From assembly GCF_020745735.1 (NCBI RefSeq), contig NC_083437.1, forward strand, positions 35,712,001-35,776,000: a stretch of DNA of 64,000 nucleotides, written 5' to 3'. Source of the DNA: Hemiscyllium ocellatum. Lineage: Eukaryota. This document shows positions 1 to 12,752 of this stretch, piece after piece. Under the pieces are notes generated by a model. That model saw only the letters and a program-made list of their open reading frames with translations. It had not been told where the DNA came from and made no database searches. Each line of letters opens with the position of its first letter. The stretch's first letter is position 1. Made by a program: the position numbers and the translations under genes.

Positions 1-66
1 GATTGTATTCTGAAGACAGCCTTGTGTTGCAATGTAATGTTTGGAATCCTCTCCAAGTTTTCCATT
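1..66 (-). CDS. ptpn11b: SHP-2-like phosphatase exon 9 (partial, runs off window): NGKLGEDSKHYIATQGCLQNTI
   Basis: YIATQGC PTP motif in frame; nearest in-phase acceptor ttgaag|AAT after a pyrimidine tract; an in-frame TAG acceptor (exon start 117) is a weaker alternative. Confidence 0.88.
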
Positions 67-1030
67 CTTCAATTTCATGTGGAATAAAGAAAACCATTGT
101 TCCAATGTATAACTTTTCTATTTTATCAGAGTTTAAGTAAGATATTTCAGTGATTATCACTAAGGCTAATAGACATAAGCGGATTGTTTAAACTAACAAC
201 TCAATCATACCCTGAAAAATCAGCAACTGGTTCACCCCATTCCTTGCAATTTAAACAAAAATACCATCATTTGCCACTTAGTAACAATCAAATTGCATAC
301 TTGCAACGGAGTGAGTAAATTTTCAAAACCTAAATTTTTAAAGCTTATAAAAGATCTTTTTAAACCAACCTACAGTGATTTTGTTCAAACTGTGCGGATT
401 TTTAAAAAATGCAGTCATTTGCTAATATCAACTGGAGATCAAAAAGTAAGCAATTTCTATTGCATCTGACTTTCAAATGGGAATCTTGGAAATGGTTTCA
501 GTAAATAACTGCTCTTTACTAGCCAACACTTTCCAATGTTACAGCTTTTTAATATTAATGGGATTTGGGTTTTGATGGTTGGGCCTGGGATACTACCCAA
601 AGGAACTCTTTCAAATGATGTTCAGGAATCCAGATGACTGACTACCATCAACCACAATTTATTTTCCTTTGTGTTAGGTATGACTTCAACTAGGATAAAC
701 TTAATCCTCAATTCTCACTGACTCTAGTTTTGCTAGAGCTCCTTAATATCACTCAGTAGATACAGCTGATGTTAAAGGCAGTCGCACTCACATCATCAGA
801 TATCAGAAATGTCACCTCTAAATAACTATGTAGAAATACCAGAGAAAAATGAAGGAGGTAGCTTGTGCAAAAGTTACAGAAAGAAGTTTAAATGAATTTG
901 CGTGTCCATATTCACAACGGAAAAGCACAATGTAGATAAAGTAATCCAAGAGGAACAGTGTGAAATATTGGTTAAAATAGTCATAATGTGAGGATGTGTT
1001 TGGAGTTGAATCCTTGAAAATGAATAAGTC

Positions 1031-1882
1031 AAAGCAAAGAAGGTTGCCTCAGATTACAACGGGATCTTGATCAGATGGTCCAATGGCCAAGGAGTGGCAG
1101 ATAGAGTTGAATTTAAAGAAATATGAGGTGCTGCATTTTAGAAAGAAAAATCAGAGCAGGGCTTATCCATTTAATGCTGACGTCCTTGGGACTGTTGCTG
1201 AACAAAGACCTTGGAGTGCAGGTTCGTAGTTCCTTGAAAGTGGAGTCACAGGTAGATAGGACAGTGAAGGTAGTGTTTGGTATGCTTGCCTTTATTGGTT
1301 AGTGCACTGAGTATAGTAGTTGGGAGGTCATATTGTGGCTGTACAGGACATTATTTGGCCACCTTTGGTGTATTGTGTGCAATTCTGGTTTTCCTTCAAT
1401 AGGAAGGATGTTTGGAAACTTGAAAGGTTCAGAAAAGATCAACGATGTTGCCAGGGTTGGAGGGTTTGAGCTGTAGGGAAGAGTCTAAATAGGCTGGGGC
1501 TATTTTCCCTGGAGCATTGGAGGCCGAGGGGTGAGCATATAGAGGTTTATAAAATCATGAGGGGTATAGACAGGGTCAGGGAGTCCAAGACTAGATGGCA
1601 AAGGTTTAAGGTTAGAGGGGAAAGACATAAAAGGGACCTAAGGGACACCATTTTCACACAGAGGGTGTGCCTGTGTGGAATGAGCTGCCAAAGGAAGAGG
1701 TGGAGGCTGGTATGATTATAGCATTGAAAAGTCAGGCATTTGGATGGGTACGTGAATAGGAAGGGATTAGAAGGATATGAGCCCAGTTTTGGCAAATGGG
1801 ACTAGATTTATATAGGGTAGCTGGTCAGCATGGATGAGTTGGACCAAAGGATCTGTTTCCGTGCTTACATCTCTATTTCTCT
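1031..1882 (+). mobile_element. Nested 5'-truncated CR1/HER1-type LINE with 7-bp TSD
   Basis: RT C-terminus and 3' UTR ending in ctctat repeats; ATAAGTC duplicated at 1024-1030 and 1883-1889. Confidence 0.85.
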
Positions 1883-2235
1883 ATAAGTCCCTAGGGCCGA
1901 ACGATTGTTCCCGAGGATGGTGGTGGTGATCAGGGAGGAAATAGCAGTTGCTCTGAGGATTATTTTCCAAACTCACTGTACACAAGTGAAGTGCCAGAGG
2001 CTTGGAGGAATGCAAATATAGTTCCGTTGTTTAAAAAGGGTACAAAGGAAATGCTAAACAAATATGGGCCAGTTAGTCTTACTTCAATGGTGGGCAAATT
2101 GTTAGTTTATCTGATCTCTCAGAATCTATTAGAAAGGCATGGACTAGTCAGGAATAGTCAGCATGTAAAGGCTGGTTTGTAAAGGCTTTATTTGTCATGC
2201 CTGACAAATTTGATTGAAATCTTTGAGGAAGTGAC
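1544..2235 (+). repeat. Arm 1 of ~692-bp near-perfect inverted duplication
   Basis: Reverse complement of 3826..4517; identical ORF pairs 1547/4266 and 1991/3879. Confidence 0.95.
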
Positions 2236-3653
2236 AAGGAGGATCAATGAATCAGTGCAGTGGATTTTGTCTACATGGATTATAGTAAGGTATTTAACAA
2301 GGTTCCACATGGCAGACTGGTCAAAAAAAGCAAAAGCCCATGGGATATAGGATAATTTGTCAGTGTATCCAAGGTTGGCTGAGTAACAGGAAACAAAGGG
2401 GAATGGTTGATGGTTGTCTTGCGAATGGAAAGTGGTGTTCCACAGGGCTCTGTGTTGGGACCGCTACTGTTTGTTTCATACAATAACAACTTGTACTTGA
2501 GCATGGGGGGCACAGTTGGGAAATTCATGCAGATGACAAAAACTGGCCATGTAGTAGATAGTGTAGACAATAGTTATTAGGTCCAAAATGATGATAGGTT
2601 GGTGGAGTGGGTAGGAAAGTACCAGATGCAGTTCAACTCTGGTAAGTGAGAGGTAATGCTTTTGGGGAGGTCAAATAATAAAAGGGAATACACAATAAAC
2701 AGGAGGTACTGAGAGGGGTAAATGAAATGAGAGAGCTTGGCTTGCAAGTGAAGAGGTCTCTAAGGGTAGCAGTGGAGGTAGATAGCTTTGTAAACTTTGG
2801 CGTAGTGCACAGTTCTGAGCACCACATCACAGGAAGAAAGTAACTGCGCTGGAGAGAGCACAGAGAAGATTTACTTGAATGTTGCCAGGACTGGAGAATT
2901 GTAGCTATGGGGATAGATTGCAGAGGTTGGGTTTGTTTTCCTTAGAGCAAAGACAGCTAAGGGGTGATAGATTTGAGGTGTACAAAATTGTGAGGAGATA
3001 GAGTAAACAGGAGGAACCTGTTTCATTTGGCAGTGTTCAAAAACTAGAGATCATAGATTCAAGTTGAGTGGAAGAGGATTAGAGGGGCTGTCAGGCAAAG
3101 CTTTATTTTAATGCAGAGAATGGTGGGTGCTTGAAATTCACCGCATGAGGAGTAAACTTTTTAGAAAATATCTGGATCTGCACCTTCAGTGCTGTAAGCT
3201 GCAAGACTTGTATCATGTGTTGATGGGATTAAAAAGAGCATCTGGGTATCTTTTGTTCGGCATGGACTAGATGGACCAAAGGAACCCTTCTGTGCTATGT
3301 CATTTCTATGGTTCTATTTATACCACACCAATCAAAAAGCAGGTCATATCACATTATACGATCCTTAAACAATAAAGATTAATTTGTTACATACACAAAA
3401 AGACGATGTTTTGTAAGCTTAACAACAGGTTTAACAGTTATTTACTATCATAGAGTCATAGATTCATGGAGATGCACACCTTGAAACAGATCCTTCGGTC
3501 CAACTAGTCCATGCCAACCAGATATCCCACTCGTCCCATTTGCCAGCATCTGGCCCATATTCCTCCAAACTCTTCCTATTCATATACCCATCTAGATGCC
3601 TTTTAAATGTTGCAATTGTACACGCCTCCATCACTTCCTATGGCAGCCCATTC

Positions 3654-3654
<1 letters not shown>

Positions 3655-3690
<36 letters not shown>
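3655..3690. repeat. (CA)n microsatellite
   Basis: ~18 CA units. Confidence 0.95.
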
Positions 3691-3696
<6 letters not shown>

Positions 3697-3825
3697 ATAG
3701 CTTTCCTCTCTCGCTCTAAACCTACGCTCTAGTTCTGGACTCCCCCACCCCAGGGAAAAGACTCTGTCTATTTACCTTATCCATGCCCCTTATAATTTTA
3801 TAAACCTCACCGTTCAGCCACCAAG

Positions 3826-4517
3826 GTCACTTCCTCAAAGATTTCAATCAAATTTGTCAGGCATGACAAATAAAGCCTTTACAAACCAGCCTTTACATGC
3901 TGACTATTCCTGACTAGTCCATGCCTTTCTAATAGATTCTGAGAGATCAGATAAACTAACAATTTGCCCACCATTGAAGTAAGACTAACTGGCCCATATT
4001 TGTTTAGCATTTCCTTTGTACCCTTTTTAAACAACGGAACTATATTTGCATTCCTCCAAGCCTCTGGCACTTCACTTGTGTACAGTGAGTTTGGAAAATA
4101 ATCCTCAGAGCAACTGCTATTTCCTCCCTGATCACCACCACCATCCTAGGGAACAATCGTTCGGCCCTAGGGACTTATAGAGAAATAGAGATGTAAGCAC
4201 GGAAACAGATCCTTTAGTCCAACTCATCCATGCTGACCAGCTACCCTATATAAATCTAGTCCCATTTGCCAAAACTGGGCTCATATCCTTCTAATCCCTT
4301 CCTATTCACGTACCCATCCAAATGCCTGACTTTTCAATGCTATAATCATACCAGCCTCCACCTCTTCCTCTGGCAGCTCATTCCACACAGGCACACCCTC
4401 TGTGTGAAAATGGTGTCCCTTAGGTCCCTTTTATGTCTTTCCCCTCTAACCTTAAACCTTTGCCATCTAGTCTTGGACTCCCTGACCCTGTCTATACCCC
4501 TCATGATTTTATAAACC
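3826..4517 (-). repeat. Arm 2 of ~692-bp inverted duplication
   Basis: Coordinate sum 6061 is constant across the arm; three mismatches spotted by eye. Confidence 0.95.
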
Positions 4518-5844
4518 ACTACAGGGAGAAACAGCCCCAGCCTCTTCAACCTCCCCCTACAGCTCAAATCCTCCAACCCTGGCAGCATCCTTTAAATATT
4601 TTCTGAACCCTTTTAAAAGTTTCACAACATCCTTCCAATAGGAAGGAGACCAGAACTGCACGCAACATTCCAAAAATGGCCGAACCAATGTCCTGTATAG
4701 CTGCAACATGATCTCCCAACTCCTGTACTCAATACTCTGACCAATAGAGGAAAGCATACCATACACCTTGATGACTATATCATTAACTTGCTGACAATAA
4801 AAAAAACTGCTGTGATATTTTCTTAAATAGTGGCTAAGGACAAGCCAGGGAACTATAGACCAAAATGTAGTATTTCCCCAGTAAGAATAGTCCAGGATGT
4901 AACTGTTCTATGCAGCATTATATTAAAATAAATTAAATTTGCCTTCTATTGGGTACGTATTGCAAATTCTTAATTTACCAGGAAATCATTTTTGAAAGGC
5001 GGTGGTACGTGAAACAAGTGTAAACTATTTATTTAATGTTAGCATGCAACGTATGAGAAGACTAAAAATACTGTAATTATTATGAACATTTAGAAATAAT
5101 ACCTATACTAAAATGCTGCCATTGCTGTTCCAGGCAACACCATTCGAACTGGCATAAAAAGATCTCAGTCATTTTCTCGAGAATTGCCTATTCAGCAACA
5201 TAGCCTTGAGGATCATGAGCTTGGGGTGTGATAGTTTTGGTGCCTTACACACTTCAACTCTTACACACAGGGATTCTACCACCTGAGTGACCACTGTGAA
5301 CAGTCAAAGAAAGTCTACAGACGTGTGAAAATCAAAACGTGAGATACACGCAGCAATCTCTACTTCCCTATTTTCTCTTGGGTTGCTCAAACCAATGCCC
5401 AGGTGATTACAGTAGCTTTCTGTTCCCGTCGGGAAACAACTAAATGAAGTTTTACCAGTGGCTCCATGTTAGCAGAGTCCCTGAGCACAAACCCCAGGTG
5501 CGCACCAAATTGCCTTGAGTAGAATATTTGCACAATAAACAGCTGCTGGCTTGTCTTGTTTTCGGCACATGTCCAAAATGGGATAGTGGATCAATTAAGA
5601 TGTATAATATTAGATAACATTACGATCAAATAGAAATATCTTGAATCTGGACAATTTGGAATTGCCTGAATCTCATGATATGATTTCTCCCCTCAGTCCT
5701 TTGTCTTGACAGGGAGTCTTTGGGTAAAATATAAGGGCGAAACTAGATTGCCCATGAAAATATGTGAGGGTATAAAGAGCAGCAATTAATTTGTGCCATT
5801 GATTTGACTGCAATGCAAACAGCATACAAGGAGAAGGATGAAGA

Positions 5845-6020
5845 CTGGCATGGTCAGCTCAGTTGGCTAGCTTGTGAAGCAGAGTGAATCCAGCAGGTGG
5901 GTTCAATTCCCACACTGGCTGAGGTTACCATGAAGGATTCTTCTTCTCAAACTGTCTGCTCATGAGCTCAGGTCACCACCTGTCATCTCCATCTTATGAC
6001 AGAGCAGCTCTATGTTCTCA
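5845..6020 (+). mobile_element. tRNA-derived SINE (family 'actggctgaggttaccatgaagg')
   Basis: A-box-like agctcagttgg, B-box gggttcaattcc; related copies at ~36590-36790(+), 48660-48830(-), 62980-63160(-). Confidence 0.6.
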
Positions 6021-6083
6021 TAGTAAAAAGGGAGAGCCTGAGGCCTAGGAGCTGGTGAAGGAGTCTCACAGAACCAAGGATGG
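5914..6083 (+). repeat. Copy 1 of perfect 170-bp direct repeat
   Basis: Identical to 8785..8954 (offset 2871). Confidence 0.95.
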
Positions 6084-6266
6084 CCTCTAGCAAGTCCAAC
6101 TAGCACCTGCCTGCTCAGCGGCTCCTTTGAATGATGAATAACTACTTTAATATAATGCATGTGTGCACAAATAGGTACAATGCCTTGATGGCAGCAAACA
6201 GATCCCTAAGTTTGAAAAGGAAAATAAAATCAATTCAAACCATTTTGAAGAAATTTAGATTCTTAC

Positions 6267-6346
6267 TGTAATATTATTAGCGTTGATGTAATCTGATCCC
6301 AATATGGTTTCATCCACTTCCTTCAGTGTAACTCTGGTATTATCAA
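6267..6346 (-). CDS. ptpn11b: SHP-2-like phosphatase exon 8: FDNTRVTLKEVDETILGSDYINANNIT
   Basis: 80 nt; cttgtag|TT ... ACA|gtaaga; DYINAN motif. Confidence 0.95.
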
Positions 6347-6376
6347 CTACAAGAAAGATGGAACAATTACCATCAT

Positions 6377-6718
6377 TAGAGTCATAGAGATGTACAGCAC
6401 AGAGACAGAACCTTCATTCCAACTCATCTATACTGAGCAGATATCATAAATTAATCTAGCCCCATTTGCCAGCACTTGGCCCATATCCCTCTAAACCCTT
6501 CCTATTCATATAGCCATCCAGATGCCTTCTAAATGTTATTGTCCCAGCCTCCACCATTTCCTCTGGTACTCATTCCATACATGGACCACCCTTTGCATAA
6601 AAAGTTGCCCTATAGACTCATTTTAAATCTTTCCCCTCTCACCCTAAACCTATGCCCTCGAGGTCTATACTCCCCCACCCTCAACCTATCCATGCCCCTC
6701 ATTATTTTATAAACCTCT
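6377..6718 (-). mobile_element. CR1/HER1 3' end fragment
   Basis: tagagtcatagagatgtacagcac tail; same 3' UTR as other copies. Confidence 0.8.
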
Positions 6719-7125
6719 GCAGTTCAAACTATAGTAGTTCAAAGTACTTCAACCTATACTATACTAGTAATAATTTTTTTACTAGGATTTTCTGTGCTTT
6801 TGATAACAACTTACATTCCAAGAATTACATATACTATTAGAGTATGTATGTTATACATCCAGATACTGTGCTTATATGAGCACAACCAAATTCATGCAAG
6901 CTCACAGAAAACATTGCATTGCAACTACGTTCACTGCAACATTTTGTTGCTATTGCCAGACAATAATTAAATTTGGAAACATTAACTGAATCGCCATATT
7001 TAACCACCGGTTGAGTATAATTTTAAAATTAAAATTAAACCTGCAATTCTGAATAGAAGTGTAACATCAATTTAAAACACCATGCTTGTAGGTTTGATGA
7101 TCATCTCCATTTCTGCATTGAATTA

Positions 7126-7311
<186 letters not shown>

Positions 7312-8324
7312 TTAAAGAAAATTTCAAAAGATATGTCAAATGTTTACAGTAACCTCTTCTAATTGAGGTTAGACTTTCTTTTGGCAGAGTGATGTAAAAA
7401 ATATTCTTTTTAAAATGCACAGAAATTTAGTTAATTTATTTTGTATTATGCAGATAATCATTTAATTACAACCAAATAATAAAGTGGACTGGCTGCATAT
7501 TATTTGGGATAATGAAAGGATCCTTTGCGGTTTCTGCTGTAACCTTTTGGCAGAGAGCTGACTGCTGCTGTCAGCAATATTCGTACATCTATGTTATGAA
7601 ATAAAGCAAGTTAGACACTGCAGCAATATTAAAAAATGTCATAGCTTATTGAAAAAATTGTAGTCGATTTTAGCATGCTTTCTTATAAAGTGGCCAAGGG
7701 CAAGTCTTACAAAACAGCTTTTGAACATTTTTGTATTTGTCTCCACAACAATTCAGGTCAAGACATTAAGGTCATGCATATCAGCATGAATGCATTGCTA
7801 AAAGTTTAGCTACACAATAGAGTATCTATGACCTTTTTGTTAGGTTAGGGGACATGATGTTAATAACAAAGTCAGTGTCTGGTGGGGCAAAAACATCAGT
7901 CTCGTGCAATTTAAATTAAAGTAGCATCAAAGTATATTTATGGAGGGATAAAATAAGATAGGGGACTACATAGTGTTGAGAAAGGTGAGACAAAATTAAA
8001 CTATTTTTAAAAATGTTTTCTTGTAATGGAGGTAGTCAGATTATATGTGCAGGTCAGAGACTTGTGGTATCCCATACAGCTATGTCTGCTCAACTATTGA
8101 GTTGTAATATATTTAAAGCAGAGGTTGGAATGCTTTGAGTATGAAAGACATTAAAGGGATATGGCAGAAATGTCCACTTGAGGTAAATCAACTATACTCT
8201 TGCATAACAGCAGCTTTGAACTTCCAAATGGTCTATTCTAGGGCCTACATCATGGGTTCTCACATCAACTTCAGGAGTCCTATTCAAATGTATTAAAAAA
8301 AACACATATAATTACTCTACTTAC

Positions 8325-8438
8325 CTCAAACTCTTCCCAAAAGCCTTGCTTGGCCTTTTCTGTGTTATCTGCTGTTTTATTAAGTTCCTTGACTCGATTC
8401 TCTATGTTTGCAGCATTTATTCTTGTGGCATTGAATGG
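8325..8438 (-). CDS. ptpn11b: SHP-2-like phosphatase exon 6: [38 protein letters not shown]
   Basis: 114 nt; gcacag|CCA ... GAG|gtaagt. Confidence 0.96.
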
Positions 8439-8784
8439 CTGTGCAAAGTTGTTGTAATATTAAAATTACATTTTTTTCAGTTAATTCAACTGAATAGTTG
8501 ACAAACAGTTAAATTCAAATTAATCATAAAATCCAATGAACATTAAAACAGCATTGGTTCCTTATCCTACTTTTGAGGAAGTATTCAACTTTTAGCCATG
8601 CATTTTTGATGAGCTAAATCAAAAATCTGAATTTAGCATCTGTAGTGTGCCAGAATTGAGTAGGCATGTACACCATCTTTGTGAATGCTATAGGCCAGAA
8701 TTTGCAAAGATTTCCTTTTAAACCAAAGATACTGTGCGATAAAGTTTCCCTGTTGTTCTTGTTTTGTGCAGGTTAGCTGAAAAT

Positions 8785-8954
8785 ACTGGCTGAGGTTACC
8801 ATGAAGGATTCTTCTTCTCAAACTGTCTGCTCATGAGCTCAGGTCACCACCTGTCATCTCCATCTTATGACAGAGCAGCTCTATGTTCTCATAGTAAAAA
8901 GGGAGAGCCTGAGGCCTAGGAGCTGGTGAAGGAGTCTCACAGAACCAAGGATGG
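8785..8954 (+). repeat. Copy 2 of perfect 170-bp direct repeat
   Basis: Identical to 5914..6083. Confidence 0.95.
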
Positions 8955-9796
8955 TTCTGACAGAGGCCAGCCCCGTTCGATGACTGACTGCCTCCAGATA
9001 GAGGCGATTAAAGGCCCCCTTTCCAATCCAGCAGGTGGACTGCCCTGGGTATTCATGTAGGTAACCAAACACTTTTCTCATCTGCTGAAAACTCAGATAG
9101 AAAAAGTCGAAGCCCATAACTGGTTGTTAATTGATCACTTCAAACCTTAATTACTGGCAGATAAAACAAAATTCCCCAACGGACTTTCTTGCCCAGGTAC
9201 AGGTGGCAAGGAAGAGAAAGAGTATCACTCCAGGGCCAACTCAATTTTTTTCCCCTTCTACCACCTCTAATAAGGGGAAAATTCCACCCAACATCATTCC
9301 TCCAATGTATTTGACTGGTACATTTTTAAGAACAGCTTTACAAGTTTTACATTTTCAGCTGTTATAAACCACTGGAAATTTAAATTCAACTTGCAGCCAG
9401 GGAACCAGTCACATTTACAATGAATGACAATTCCAGGAAACTAATTTTTAACTAATATAAAAAAGCCTGTTGTAGAAAAATCATTTAGCACATTTCTTGG
9501 AAAATCTTATAAAGGATTAAAAGATTGATGTGACAAGTCAAAGTTTACAGGAACAGATTTCAGGGGACAGATGACAGTGCAGTGAAATAAGCAATGCCTC
9601 ACAGATAAAATTTAAGACAAAGGTGAAGGGATATATTTCAGCAGGAATGATGAATAATACAAACTAAATAAAGCAATTTTAAAACGAATTGAAAATTAGA
9701 GAGATCTAAAGGCATACTAACACAAATCTCTGAAGATGACAAGTTTAGAAGATTCTTAAATAGGTGATCCTTTGCTTTATTAACAGCTTTGTAAAC

Positions 9797-10135
9797 ATGG
9801 TGGCTCAGTTGTTAGCACTGCTGCCTCACAGCACCAGGGGCCTGGATCCAATCCCAGCCTTGGGTGCCTGCCTGCATGAACTTTGCACGTTCTTCCTGTA
9901 TCTGTGTGGGTTTCTGCCGGGTGCTCCGGCTTCTTCCTATAGTCCAAAGATGTGCAGCTTAGGTGGATTGGTCATGCTAAATTCCCCTACTGTCCACATG
10001 TGTGCAGGGTAGGTGGGTTAGCCATGGGCATTGTAGGGTTAGGGTTACAGCGTGCAGGGGTGGGCTGCTCTTTGGAGGGTTGTGTGGACTTGATGGGCCA
10101 AATGATTTATTTCCACACTGTAGGGAGTCTATGGA
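9797..10135 (+). mobile_element. HE1-type V-SINE (diverged) inside an old CR1 remnant
   Basis: tggctcagttgttagcactgctgcctcacagc head; V-domain gggtttctgccgggtgctccgg; LINE-derived tail. Confidence 0.8.
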
Positions 10136-10431
10136 CCCTAAAAGAAGGGTCAGAGAAAATGGTATTACAGAAAACTCACATAACAATACTGGCTAAACTT
10201 AGCTGGAGTACTCTGTCCAATTCTAGACACTCAGCTTTAGGAAGGATATCAAAGCCTAAGAAAGGCAGAACAAATTTACTAGAGTGCATCAGGAAACAGA
10301 GTTGGGAGGTATGTGAAAAAAGGGAGAAGTTCAGGTTGGCTCTTATTACTATAGAGAACCTTAAGAGGATCAAATAGAGGTGTTGAAAATCATGACTGGT
10401 TGTGGCAGAGTAAATACAAAACTGGTTCCGA

Positions 10432-10580
10432 GAGCATAGAATCAGAGACGTACAGCACAGAAACAGACCCTTTGGTCCAACTTGTTCATGCTGACAAGAT
10501 ATTCTAATTTAATCTGGTCCCATTTGCCAGCACTTGGCCCCATACCTCTCTAAACCCTTCCTATTCTTGTACCCATCAAA
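10432..10580 (-). mobile_element. CR1/HER1 3' end fragment
   Basis: gtacagcacagaaacagaccc...aaacccttcctattc. Confidence 0.7.
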
Positions 10581-10999
10581 ATGGACAAAAAGGACACAGA
10601 GTGAAGGTAAAAGAACCAAAATTGACACCACAAAATTTTTTTCTTAAAGCTGCTATGATTTGGAATATGTGCTTGAAAAGACGGATAGGTGAACAATCAA
10701 TCGTCTTTGAATGGGAAAACACTTAGTGAAAATGAGTGACATGCCGAATAGCTCTACAAAATAGCAAACGCAGGCACGATGGACTGAACAGTCTCCTTCT
10801 GTGCTACGTTAATGATTTTATGATAATACATGCAGAGACACATCAATTTAATAATAAAAAATAATATAAAGATACCTCCTCCCAAGTTCTAACAAACTTT
10901 AAGTTTGATGGTGTATTATCCAAAATCCCAGTTTGTGCTTAATCAAAAGCAAGCTATCACTCTGTAAAATTATCCAAATTAGAAGAAAAAATACTGTAC

Positions 11000-11116
11000 C
11001 TGTTTAAGGTGAACTACAATTCCAGTAACTTCTACCATCGGATTCTTTTTGTAGTGTTCTACTAAGTCAGTAAGTGTGTCAAATCTTTCACCTCCACCAA
11101 CATCGTACTTCCCGTC
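11000..11116 (-). CDS. ptpn11b: SHP-2-like phosphatase exon 5: [39 protein letters not shown]
   Basis: 117 nt; atccag|GAC ... CAG|gtaca. Confidence 0.94.
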
Positions 11117-11517
11117 CTGGATTGACCCAAAAATGTACTGATTAAAATATACTGTTACAAACTGTGGTTACAGGTTTTAACAAAATATCCACTTCATGTG
11201 ACATTTTCAGTAGCTTACTGTAAATTGAAAATTACTTTGTAATCTTAAATGCTGCATTCTTATAAATGAACAATTAGCCTCTCACACTATTCAATTCACA
11301 AAACCACCGATCTCTGGTTTACAGGTTTCAACACTTTTGTATAAAAAAAAATCAATACAGTCAGCAGTTGGATTTCATGAGTTAGATGAATGAAACATCA
11401 GTGATATTCAAATTTATTTTACTAGTTGAATCAGGGGACTACCTCAGAATTTATAATTTCTGTATACAGTACTATAATAGTTGTGGGAAGGTTAAATGAT
11501 GGTAAACTATTCAGTGA

Positions 11518-11624
11518 AAAAGCTGAAAATGTGTTGCTGAAAAGGCGCAGCAGGCCAGGCAGCATCCAAGGAGCAGGAGAATCGATGTTTCAGGCATGAG
11601 CCCTTCTTCAGGAATAATTTGATC
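11518..11624 (-). mobile_element. Short Penelope-like terminal-repeat insertion with 11-bp TSD and hammerhead-like motif
   Basis: CTATTCAGTGA at 11507-11517 and 11625-11635; minus strand CTGAAGA-aGGGC-tcat-GCCT-GAAAC-ATC. Confidence 0.8.
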
Positions 11625-12559
11625 CTATTCAGTGAGAAATAACATTAACTGCTCAGAAGCTTATTCTCAGTTTCAGACTTTCTCATCATGACCTTCAGAA
11701 AGCCTACATTATATTACAGCATATGTATTATTTTGCAAACGTTTTTATTGTAACTATAATGAGTAACATTTGCCTTTATTGAACAGCGGCTTCATAATGA
11801 TCTATATTCCTGAGAAAATGTTCATTCACTTTTACTCTACTCCTCTCTCTTTCCCACTAAGAAATTACAGTTAGGATGTATCTTTTTTTGAAAAACTATT
11901 CCTTCATGTACCATTGCATATATTCAACATTGTTTATCTGTTCCAGGATTTAGCAGCAAAGTTAAATTAACTAAGGGAATACCTTTAGAAAATCTTTGTG
12001 TTTTATGTGGGATGAGTACCCCTTGTTCTGTTTTCATCTCTTATTTGCAAAGGGGCAAACTATTGATGGGTACTTCTCTTTGGGTGCCAGAAATGAGTAA
12101 TATAAAAATTGAATGATTATTGCACTTGTGAGAATATGGGAAAAGTCACTGAGCTACTGTATAATAGGGATATTAAAGCTGGAAGCAATCTATTAAACGG
12201 GAATCCACACACACTTTCCATCAGAAGCCGCAGTGTTGCCACCAGTGGTGATTATCCCGTTGAATTTTCTTTACTCCTTATACTGATGAACTAACTCCGC
12301 ATAGTCCCTTTCATGCCGAGTGTTACATTAACAAATAGATGAATAACAGAAGCCTTACTTATGCTGTGCTTTTAATCTGCATCAAGTATTCGCTTTGCTG
12401 CAATCATGGTATTGAATCTTACACAAGAAAATATTAGACTCCAGTGGACAGCTGGAAACAAAATTTACATTTCAAAGCACTTTACATTAGCTTAAAAAGT
12501 AGCAAATTTGAAATCTCCTAAATATTGTTTTTAAAATGCGGCCAGTTTGAACAGCCCAC

Positions 12560-12752
12560 CTGATTCCGAATCATTACGTGGGTTACTCTTGGTTTACGGT
12601 CTCCATTTTCAAACTTCTCTTCGTTAGTCAACACTGATAGAACAAAATCTCCTGGTTTACTGAGACTTTCACGCACCAGGAAACTTCCAGGTTTTCCTTT
12701 ATCTGTCAGGAGTTTTTCAGCATCTTTACCTGATAAATGTCCATGATACCAC
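12560..12752 (-). CDS. ptpn11b: SHP-2-like phosphatase exon 4 (C-SH2): [64 protein letters not shown]
   Basis: 193 nt; ttttcag|G ... CAG|gtggg; FLVRES motif. Confidence 0.96.

Larger units (their letters stand above)
830..3317 (+). mobile_element. Older CR1 LINE (degenerate RT to 3' UTR), interrupted by a nested CR1
   Basis: PEAWRNANIVPLFKKG, MDYSKVFNKVPH and VPQGSVLGP motifs; (TTCTAT)-like tail near 3305-3317; 5' boundary approximate. Confidence 0.8.
3448..4770 (-). mobile_element. CR1/HER1-type LINE 3' part hosting the inverted duplication
   Basis: catagagt tail at ~3448; ORF 4557..4766 LYRTLVRPFLECCVQFWSP. Confidence 0.8.

Noticed and set aside
1547-4514. Identical ORF pairs as a duplicated gene or toxin-antitoxin-like module
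   Set aside because: They are CR1 fragments or antisense frames duplicated by the inverted repeat.
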